Positions 14,420 through 25,300 of a stretch of 64,000 nucleotides of DNA are shown here, in pieces. A program made the position numbers and the translations under genes. This DNA is from Pavona decussata (taxonomy: Eukaryota), in assembly GCA_977016875.1 (NCBI GenBank), contig CDRNST010000104.1, positions 4,278,001 to 4,342,000 of the forward strand, in the 5' to 3' direction. The notes below the pieces were generated by a model. It did no database searches and was not told where the DNA came from. It was given only the letters and a program-made list of their open reading frames with translations. Position 1 is the stretch's first letter. Each line of letters begins with the position of its first letter.

Positions 14420-17400
14420 CTAAATATCGACTTTTTTCCAAGGGGTAGATCCGGGTTTTTGGTCGAAAATGATCAAATTTTGAAGTCGGCATTTTTCATT
14501 TGTTTATGTCCTTAGGGATCTCGGCGTGTTGTAAAACTCCCTTGGGAATTATTTTTAAGTACAAATATCTCGATGACAAAGAATTTTCTGTTGAACTCTC
14601 ACCCTGATTTAATCTTTTATGGGCTATTTCTTTGCACCTGGTCCCTTGGGAAACCTAAAAATTGTCTCGGGGGTCGTTCACGGACACACTAATTCGATTG
14701 CAAGCTTTTAAAAGAATATTTGTACTTCGCCCAAAAATCGAGTTTTTTTCCAAGGGGTAAGTCCAGCTTTTTTTGGTCAAAAATAATTCAATTTTCAAGT
14801 CAGCATTTTTCACTTGTTTATGTCTTTATAGATCTCGACGTGTCGTAAAACTCCCTAGGGAATCATTTTTAAGTTCAAATAACGCCCCGAAAAAGAATTT
14901 TGTGTTTAAGTCGCTCCCTGACTTCATCTTTTGTTTGCTATTTCTTTGTCCCTGTTCCCTTGGGAAGCCTAAAAAGTGTCTCAGGGGACATTTTGGGACG
15001 CACTGGTTTGATTGGAAGCTTATAAAAGAAGGTATTTGTATTTCCTCCAAAAATTGACTTTTTTCCAAGGGGCAAGTCCAGGGTTTTTGGTCAAAAATGA
15101 CTAAATTTTGAAGTCGGCATTTTTCACTTGTTTATGTCTTTAGAGATCTTGGCGTATCGTAAAAACTCTTTCGGGAATCATTTTTCAGTGTAAATAACGC
15201 CCTGACAAAGCATTTTCTGTTTAATTCTCACCCTGACTTCATCTTTTGTCTGCTATTTCTTTGAATCTGGTTCCCTAGGGGACGTTTTTGGAAACACTGA
15301 TTCGATAAGAAACTTTTAAGAGAATATTTGTACTTCGTCCAAAATTCAACTTTTTTCACAACGGTGAATCTAAGAGTTTTTGGTCAAAAATGACGAAATT
15401 TTGAACTCAGCCTTTTTCACGAGTTTATGGCTTTACTGATCTCAACGTGTCGTAAAAACCCCCTTGGAAATCATTTTTAAGAGCAAATAACGCCCTAACA
15501 AAGAATTTTCTGTTTAACTACACCCCGACGTCATATTTTGTTTTGTGGGCTATTTCTTTTTCTCAAGTCCCTTGGGAGGCCTAAACAGTGCCTCGGGGGA
15601 CGTTTTCGAACACACTGGTTACATAGAAAGCTTTTAAAAGAATATTTGTATTTCGTCCAAAAATCGACCTTTTTCTAAAGGGTATGCCCAGGGTTTTTGG
15701 TCAAATATGACCAAAATTTTGAAGTCAGCATTTTTCTCTTATTAATATCCTTAGGGATCTCGGCGTGTCAAAAAGCTCCCCTGGGAATCATATTTTAGTG
15801 CAAAAAACGCCCTTACAAAGAATTTTTAGTTTAACTCTCACCTGACTTCATGTTTTGTGGGCTATGTCTTTGTCCCTTGTCCCTTGGGAGGCCTAAAATG
15901 TGTCTGAGGGGCGTTTCCGGACACAATGATTCGATTCGAAGCTTTTAAAAGGTAATTTGTATGTATGTCCAAAATTCGACTTTTTTCCAAGGGGCATGTC
16001 CAGCGTAGTTGGTCAAAAATGACCAAATTTTAAAGTTGACATTTTTAACTTGCTTATGTCCCTAGGGATCCCGGCGTGTCGTAAAACGCCCTTGGGAATC
16101 ATTTTTAAGTGCAAATAACGCCCTGACAAAGAATTTCCTGTTGAACTTTCACACTAACTTCATCTTTTGTGGGCTATTCTTTCTCCCTGGTCCCTTGGGA
16201 AGCCAAAAAAGGGTCCCAGGCGACGTTTTTGGACATACTGATACCATTGGAAGCTTTTAAAAGAATATTTCTATTTCGTCCAAAAATCAACTTTCTTCCA
16301 AGGGGTAAGACTAGAATTTTTGGTCAAAATGACTAAATTTTGAAGTCGGCATTTTTTACTTGTTTGTTTCCCTAGGGATCTCGAATTATCGCAAAACTCC
16401 GTTTGGAATCATTTTTAAGTGCAAATAACGTCCTCACAAAGAATTTTCTGTTTAACTCTTACCCTGACTTCATCTTCTGTGGACTATTTCTTTGTTCCTG
16501 GTACTTTGGGAAGCCTAAAAATTGTCTCAGGAGACGTTTTCCGACACACTGATTCGATTGGAAGCTTTTAAAAGAATATTTCTATTTCGTCCAAATATGG
16601 ACTTTCTTCGAAGGGGTAAGACTAGGGTTTTTGTTAAAAAATGACCAAATTTTGAAGTCGGCATTTTTCACTTGTTTATGTCCCTAGGGATCTCGGCGTG
16701 TCGTAAAACGCCCTTGGGAACCATTTTTAGGTGCAAATAACGCCCTGACAAAAGGTTTTCTATTAAACGCTTACCCTAACTTTATATTTGTGGGTTATTC
16801 TTTGTCCCTGGTCCCTTGGGAAGCTTAAAAAGTGTCCCAGGCGACGTTTTTGGACATACTGATACAATTGGAAGTTTGTAAAAGAATAGTTATATTTGGT
16901 CCAAAAATCGACTTTTTCGAAGGGGTAAGTCAAGGGTTTTTGGTCAAAAATGACCAAATTTTGAAGTCGGCATTTTTCACTGGGGTGTCGCAAAACTCCG
17001 TTGGGAATCATTTTTAAGTGCAAATAACGTCCTCACGAAGAATTTTCTGTTTAACTCTTACCCTGACTTTATCTTCTGTGGGCTATTTCTTTGTTCCTGG
17101 TACTTTGGGAGGCCTAAAAATTGTCTTAGGAGACGTTTACCGACACACTGATTCGATTGGAAGCTTTTAAATGAATATTTCTATTTCGTCCAAAAATCGA
17201 CTTTCTTCCAAGGGGTAAGACTAGGGTTTTTGTTAAAAAATGACCAAATTTTGAAGTCGGCATTTTTCACTTGTTTATGTCCCTAGGGATCTCGGCGTGT
17301 CGTAAAACTCCCTTGGGAATCATTTTTAAGTGCAAATAACGTCCTGACGAAGAATTTTTAGTTTTAATCTCACCCTGTCTTCATCGTTTGTTGGCTATTT

Positions 17401-17699
17401 CTTTGTCCTTGGTCTCTTGGGAGGCCTAAAAAGTGTTCCGGGGACGTTTTCGGACACACGGATTCGATTGGAAGCTATTAAAAGAATATTTGCATTTTGT
17501 GCAAAAATCGACGTTTTTCCAACGGGTGGCAAGGGGTGGTAAAGGCATTTTTCACTTGTTTATGTCCCTAGGGATCCCTCGTCGTGTCGTAAACCTCTCT
17601 TGGGAATCATTTTTAAGTGCAAATAACGCCCTGACAGAGAATTTTGTGTTTAACTCTCACCCCTTCTTCATCTTATCTGGGTTATTTCTTTGTCCCTGA
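14420..17699. repeat. Satellite array, ~311-bp unit, ~10.5 copies
   Basis: The motif ttttccaaggggtaag...ttttggtcaaaaatgaccaaattttgaagtcggcatttttcac recurs near 14438, 14750, 15065, 15358, 15675, 15987, 16298, 16609, 16920, 17208 and 17519. Confidence 0.95.
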
Positions 17700-17959
17700 T
17701 TTTTAATAGAAGATGAACCGCTAAAAGTAAAGGAATTGAGCGAAATTTTTTATTGTTTTTGTTTCAAATCACTCTTAGCAGTGAGATTTGTCCCTGCGTA
17801 GTCTCCGAAGGTGAACCTGTTTTTGGAAGGCGCTACTTTATACCACGTGAAATGTATTTCGAGTATTCCGCTCCAATCAAAGTCAATCACCTAATATTGG
17901 CCTCACACGAACAAAAAATTTCTTGTCAAGGATAAATTGCTTGTTAAAGCATTTTATAA

Positions 17960-18145
17960 GAAAAATTAAAAGTAACGCTGTTCGACGTTTCGATGTTTCA
18001 AACATCATTATCAAGAATGAAGAAAACGTTGATGTCATTTATTCAAACTCTATTCTTCTAGCAACCCCGACATCAACGTTTTTTTCATTCTTGATAATGA
18101 TGTTTGAAACATCAAAACGTCGAACAGCGTTAGTTTTAATTTTTC
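17960..18145. mobile_element. Long inverted repeat / MITE (77-bp arms, 32-bp spacer)
   Basis: 17960-18036 is nearly the reverse complement of 18069-18145. Confidence 0.75.
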
Positions 18146-18288
18146 AGGGATAAATTATCACGGAAAACCTGTTCAATCTTTACACATGAACAAGTAAAAC
18201 CTGTCAAAAAAATTGTTAGGGAAACCTTGCCAGCGTGCAAACCAGCGTTAATATAATGATAAAAAGATATGAAATACAATATAAATAA

Positions 18289-18294
18289 TTTATT
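18289..18294 (-). terminator. Candidate CEP290 polyadenylation signal (AATAAA), implying a ~0.85 kb 3' UTR
   Basis: tttatt on the + strand in an AT-rich tract ~840 nt downstream of the CEP290 stop. Confidence 0.45.
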
Positions 18295-19136
18295 TAATTA
18301 CTTAAAATACATATGTACATCATATAAACAAATTTACACTGTTTGAACAATGGATAAAACATAGGCTTACATGATCAGAACAGAAAACGATTTAAAACTC
18401 AAACCAAAAGTTAAAGATCACCAAGATGCAACACGTGACTTCTTTTTTTCTATATATTTTTCGAAAGAAATTATGACGCCATACCCACGTGTATTTATCC
18501 AGTTTCTTCAGTAGCAGTTTTAGGGATACGCAATCCACGTAAAATTCATTTCCTTTTGGCGATTTGTGTGCGACTGACGAGAACCACGGAAAATGTAGAA
18601 TGGAAGGCGAGAAACAGTTCCGCTAGGGGGGGGCGTAGATGAATGTTCTGATGTAGTTACGATTTTCACTCCGACGGAGGATAAAAACCACACTGCGATT
18701 CCAAGAGGAGCAATTAAGGTTGTCAAGGAAGGAGTTTCATTTTAGAAAGAACTATTGCATAGTACTCAACGCATGACCATAGTGCGTCTAAATGATACAG
18801 GTATAAGTTTCCGTGAAGTGATAATAGTATTGCCGCGATTGAGGTGAACTTGCACTGCTTGACTGTCACTGATGTGACATTTTGAACTGGTATCGTTTGG
18901 ACGATATCCATGTAGCAACAAGAGGGAACCGGCACCAACACATAATGTAGTAGATGGTTAAAATTTGGAACCGGTGTTGAGTAAACAAACACAAAGCCAC
19001 AAGAAGCACCCAGAATGGGAAACGCACCAATCTGGAACCTACCACGGAAACATCCCCTGATGGCTGATCAGACCCGATAAACGCCAAGCACCAGCAGTAG
19101 TTAGTTAATTCATTATACTGTACTCGCCACATTTGT

Positions 19137-19301
19137 CTAATCGTCTGTTGGTATGTTTACGTCGACTCCAAATTGCCGAGACACCTGTCTCAACTGTCGT
19201 TCATATAACACATTTCTTTCCACAGCTTTCTGGTAATTGTACTTCAAGTCTTCAATCTCCTCAAAGAACGCGGGGTCGAACGCCTGGAGCTCCTTTCTTA
19301 G
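19137..19301 (-). CDS. CEP290: CEP290 terminal coding exon
   Basis: The ttttcag acceptor is followed by LRKELQAFDPAFFEEIEDLKYNYQKAVERNVLYERQLRQVSRQFGVDVNIPTDD-TAG. It continues in phase 0 from exon 31395-31452 (...SHEITK) and matches the recalled CEP290 C-terminus ELENFDPSFFEEIEDLKYNY. It is absent from the ORF track. Confidence 0.95.
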   Translation of the reverse strand, partial: LRKELQAFDPAFFEEIEDLKYNYQKAVERNVLYERQLRQVSRQFGVDVNIPTDD

Positions 19302-22300
19302 CTGAAAACGACACAAACAGAAAAAAAAACACGAGTTAGCTTTGCAGGTTCAAATCCTTGAATTCCTAGTTAGGCAAGTAAATGAGAGTTTCTTTCCCCC
19401 TTTCCTCCGAACTTGAAGCATTGGAAACCTTAAATCGCAGAACTGTAAGACCGCAGTGCAGCCCTAACAATCGATTTCTTTGCGGACAATTGTCAATGAT
19501 AGACAATAGAAACTGCACGTTACGCTGCCACCTTTACACAGAGGCACACAACGGTTCGTTTCGGTGGATTTCTGTTGGTGAGACCTTAATCGCCTCTAAA
19601 ATTCGCCTAGGATCGTTCCCTGAGGTACACCGCAGTTAAAAGGACAAATTTTGGAAAGAGAACCATTCACAAGACATCTTTGTGTGCGATTCTTGAGATA
19701 TGACTTGAACCAGTTGTGAGCTACCCGTTGTAGCTGTTCGTGACGTTTGAATTATGGGCATCGATTGGAATTGGTTTGTCCAAGGTATTCCAAAACTTTT
19801 GACTTAATTTCTACGCCAAAACTCGGAAAAAAAGAGCCAGTTTTGACATTCTTTTCATGCGTTATTGATCTCATGAAAAAAATTAAAAAACGTGAACCTA
19901 TTTCGTTTTGCAGGTACGTTTCCTCTGCGGTTTCAAGTCACGATCACAAAGGTCTACCTCCGCTGATAACGAAGGCTATTGACTGGAATAACTAAATTGA
20001 ATGTTTACTATGATTACCATGAGAAAAATCGATTAAGTAGAGCGAAAGCGACGATCGCGTTTGTATTTTAAAAATTTGCACATGAAGTAAACACACAAAT
20101 GAAGATGATTCTGCAGGCGTCACAAAGTTCTCCTGTGCTATGATTGGCTGAAAGAACGAGAGACGCGTGAACAACCTCGTTCTTGGGAAGATTGCCACGT
20201 GAAACGAAGTTGAAACTATTGTGACGTAAATCTCTCTTACATCTCTCTCCATTTCACATTCTGGGCAGCGTTTGTGAGAATTTTTCGGCATACATAACTA
20301 TACTGGCGCCTTTATTTTCATGTTCACAGTAAAACTGACATACATTTTTGAATTAAACAATAAGTGATGCTGAACTTTATTTCAGTCTTTTACGGCGTCG
20401 TTTTTTTTTAAATTAGCTGTAAGTGTAAAATATGTTAAAAACATAACAGAGGAATTGCAGACGCCCGTTTTTTGTTGTTATTTATCTGTTCCTAACTGAA
20501 TTACGCAAATTTATAGGAAAGGAAATATTTGAAATCACACAAAACTTTTCCCTGTTTTCATTCAACGCGACAACAGTTAAGTGATGGAAAAGCGATCAAG
20601 TTAACCCTTAAAGCCTCCGTAGGGACCAACATCAAATTTCCCACTACGATATCTCTACTTGATCAAACAGGCAGGTCATGAGAATTAACGAAATGATCAT
20701 AAGATCACAGTAATGTGTTGACGTCTAACTAAATTCTGTCAGCTAGTGTTATAAGAAATAGATGGAAAACAGAAAAGACAAGATGGATATTGATGTCGGG
20801 GCTAGACAACGATACAATGACGATATATTCAATTCTCCGTCTTATGTTCAGCCAGTACCATTTCATGAAAAAAAAAAATAAATAAATAAATAAATAAACT
20901 TTAACAACTGAACTCAAGACAGTACCGAGAAGAAAATCAAATTTAACATAATTAAATATCAGTGCGGAATCTTTAAATGAATGTTTTAAAAATGATTTTA
21001 AAGTTTGGACGACAACAAAGTTTAGTATCTTGACCGCTCGTCAAGTGCCATGTATTCTATCAAGAAATTAGTAGACTGAAATGTAGCCATTGCTCAGAAG
21101 AACTGCTGAGAAGGCTTAAAAAAACAACTGGGCGGGAAGAATTCCATAGGCTTTCAAAACAGTGAGTTCATATTCTGTTGTCAATTCAAGTTGCTCAGTG
21201 GTCACCGAACAACTGACCAGAGGATGTTCCATCGCTAACAGATTCTGGAAATTTTTTGTCATTGAGCTGCTATTCCTTCCTCCATCTTCTTCCTTGCACA
21301 GGACAAAGCCATTTCGTTCCTTTGTGGCCACGGGATCGATACTATACGCCTTCAAAACATCGTTGTCATACTGCTGGAAGGAGTTTTGAGAACGCTGTTC
21401 CATCGCATACTCATACTTTGCTGCCGCTCTCACAAAGTTGTTCTCGCTGCGTTCTGGGTTATGTGAATCGTTCCCGGACAAGATGTTGGGGTAATGTTCT
21501 CTGCTATTGTCTGTGACATCCATCTTCAACGATGCAGTGTTTTATTAAGGTAGAATTGTTTGATAGAAAATACTAGCCTGCAGGTCTGGCGAGGCAATTC
21601 TCGCCCTATCCAATTTGAAAAACAGTCTTAATGCAAGTTTACGCAATAATTGTTAATTACGAGATTCTCATTTCATTAAGCTAACACGTCATGGTCATAT
21701 CAGTGTTTTAGTAATTAGCGCGGGTAAATAACACTAGATGCCGATAAACAGAAAGGCAGCGTCGAGGATAACAAATTTCTACTGATCGTTTTCAAATATT
21801 GCACACAAAAGCCCACTTACTTTCAGGAGATTTGGAACACATAAATAAACAAACAAATAAATAAGTAAATATATATCGTTTTTTCACCCTGGAGCACCAA
21901 TTTTAAACATGACAAACAGATGATACAATTTGAGAATAACATCCCATGAGCGCAGGCTTAAGATTGTCAATAAACAACTCCAGCGACCGGTCTCAGCAGA
22001 ACTTGAAAGGACTTTAAAGTTCGCCGTCTTCCTGCTCAACCAGCCTCGTTCCCAGGGAGATTGACACGTAAAATGAGGATAAAACCATTGTGACGTAAAC
22101 CTCTCTTACGGGTCTTTATCATTAAACATTCTGGACAGCATTTCTGAGAATTTTTAAGCATACACAACTGTACTCGCGCCTTTGTTTTCTGACAACTCAC
22201 CAGCATCTTTTTACCAAACACGTACAACTCATCTTGACAGAAAAACTGTACACACATTTTTTAATTAAACATTAAGTAATGTTGAACTTTATTTCGGTCT

Positions 22301-25300
22301 TTTACAGCGTCGATTTTTTACAATTAGCTGTAAGCGTAACATATGCTATCGTAATTTTTTTATACACATTATAATGCAAAGAAAAAACCTGAAACAGAGG
22401 AATTGCAGACGCCCGTTTTTTATTTATGTTCCTAAATTACACGAATTTATAGGATAGCGAATATTTGAAATCGCACAAAACTTTTCCCTGTTTTCATTCA
22501 ACGCGACAACAGTTAAGTGATGGAAAAGCGATCAAGTAAGCCCTTAAAGCCTCACTAGGGACCAACATCAAATTTCCCGCTACAATGTCTCTACTTGATC
22601 AAATAGGCAGGTAATGAGAATTCACAAAATGATCACCAGATCATCATAATAAGGTCTTGATGTATATGCAAATTCTGTTAACTTGTGCTATAAAAAAAAG
22701 ATGGAAAAGAGTAAGGAGAACATGGATATTGATGTCGGGGCTAGACAACGATACAGTGATGAAATATTGTGATAGATGATGTGAAATTGGCAACAATATT
22801 CAATGTTATCTACCCCTATATTGCTTCCGACGGTAAATCAATGGATTTCTTCAAGTCTTCGTCTTATGGTCAAACAGTACTATTTAACAAAAAAAGCCAG
22901 GAACCTTTAAAGCTGAACGCGAGACAGCAAACGAGAGAAACACCAAATTTAAAACAATTTAATTTCAATGCCGAATTTTTAATGAATGTTTTAGCGTTCG
23001 GATGGCAACAATTTTTAGTACTTTGACCGCTCGTTTAGTCCATGTGTTCTCTTAAGAAATCAGTAGACTGAAAAGCAGCCATCTTCCCCCTATATTTTTT
23101 CCGGTGGTGAATTGATTCTGCAATTGTTCAAACAATACCATTTAACAAAAAAGGAACTTTAACAGCTGAACTCAAGACAATAACCGAGAAGAAAATCAAA
23201 TTTAACATAATTTAATTTTAGTGCGGATCTTTAAGTGAGGTTTCTAAAATGCTTTTAGAGTTTGGATGACAACAAAGTTCAGTACCTTCACCGCTCGTCA
23301 AATGTCATGTATTCTATTATGGAAACAGTAGACTGAAATGTAGCCATTGGTAAGAAGACCTCAGAGGGCTTTCAAAACAACTGGGCAGGAAGAATTCCAT
23401 AGGCTCTTAAAACAGTGAGTTCATATTGTGTTCTCAATTCAAGCTGATCAGTAGCCAAGGGACAACTGGCGAGAGGATGTTCAATCGCTAACAAATTCTG
23501 GAAATTTTTTGGCATGGACTTGTCATTCCTTCCTCCATCTTGTTCCTTACACAGGACAAAGCCATTTCGTTCCTTTGTGGCCACGGGGTCGACACTATAC
23601 GCCTTCAAAACATCGTGTTCATACTGCTGGAAGGAGTTTTGGGAACGCTGTTCCATCGCATACTCATACTTTGCATTAGTGCTGACCAAGTTGTTCTTGT
23701 TGACTTTTGTGTTATGTGAACCTTTCCTGGACAAGATGTTGGCGTGACGGTCTCTGCTGTAGTCTGTGACATCCATCTTCAACGATACAATGGTTTTTAA
23801 AGTAGAATTGCTTGATTGGAAATACCAGCCTTCAGATCTGGCGAGGCAATTTCCAGCCGTAACCAACTTGAAAATCAGTTTGCATACAGGTTTGCGCAAT
23901 AATTGTTAATTTCATTAAGTTGATATCAGTAATTAGCGGTTAAGAACGCTAGATGCCGAAAAATAAGAAAGGCAGCATTGAGGATAACAAATTTCCACTG
24001 ATTGTTTTGCAATAATTAAATAAATAAATAAAATAAACAAATAAATAAATGAAGAGTGATTGAGTAAATAAATTTCCTTCATTCACCCTGGACCACGCAT
24101 TCAAACAGATCATTCAATTTGAAAATAACACCGTAGGCTTACGATTGTCATTAAACGACTCCATCGAGCGGTCACAGCAGGGCTTGAAAGGACTTTCAAG
24201 CTCGCCGTCTGGCCGCTCGACCAGCCCGAACTTGGCGTTGTTTGTATTGTGCGAGGTGAAAAAAATCAGGTTTGCGCAATAATTATTAATTAATTTCATT
24301 AATTAATTTCATCATGGTCATATCAGGGATTAAGTAATTAGCGGCGAATAACGCTTGATGCCGAAAAATAGGAAGATAGCATTGCGGATAACAACAAATT
24401 TCCACTGATCGCTTTCCAATACTGCACATAAAGAAAAATACACTTGCTAGCAATCAGTAACTTTCCGTAGAGTTCGAATACATAAATAAACAAACAGATA
24501 AATAAATAGTGATCGAGTAAATAAATTGCGTTTATTCACCCTGGGCCACGCATTAAAACATTACAAACAGATGATTCAATTCTTGATGTCTATACAAATT
24601 CTGTCAACTATTTTCACAAGAAATAGATGGAAAACAGTAAGGGCAAGATGGATATTGATGTCGGGGCTAGACAATGATACAAAGATGAGATATTGTGATA
24701 GATGATGTGATATTGGCAACAATATTCAATGTCATCTTCTCCCTACATTGTTTCCGGTGGTAAATTGATTTAACAAAAAAGGAACTTTAACAGCTGAACT
24801 CTAGAAAGCAAACGAGAAGAATATCAAATTTAACATAATTTAATTTTAGTGCGGAATCTTTAAATGAGGGTTTTTAAAATTCTTTTAGAGTTTGGATGAC
24901 AACAAAGTTTAGTATCTTGACCGCTCGTCAAATGGCATGTATTCTGTTAAGGAAACAGTAGACTGACATATAGCCATTGGTAAGACGAACTGCTGAGAAA
25001 GCTTAAAAAACAACTGGACAGGAAGAACTCCATAGGCTTTCAAAACAGTGAGTTCATATTGTGTTCTCAATCCAAGTTGCACAGTGGCCAAGGAACAACT
25101 GGCGAGAGGATGTTCAATCGCTAGCAAATTCCGGAAAGTTTTTGTCAGGGACTTGTCATTCCTTCCACCATCTTGTTCCTTGCACAGGACAAAGCCATTT
25201 CGTTCCTTTGTGGCCACGGGGTCGATACTATACGCCTTCAAAACATCGTTTTCATTCTGCTGGAAGGCGTTTTGAGAACGCTGTTCCACCGCATTCTCAT

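Noticed and set aside
14773-17699. Short ORFs within the satellite, and a CRISPR-like appearance
   Set aside because: The whole unit repeats with no unique spacers; the ORFs are not preserved between units.
22800-23083. Extra copy of the nested gene's 3' flank without a CDS (possible sixth gene)
   Set aside because: Explained as a local ~290-bp duplication of the flank; no coding remnant follows.
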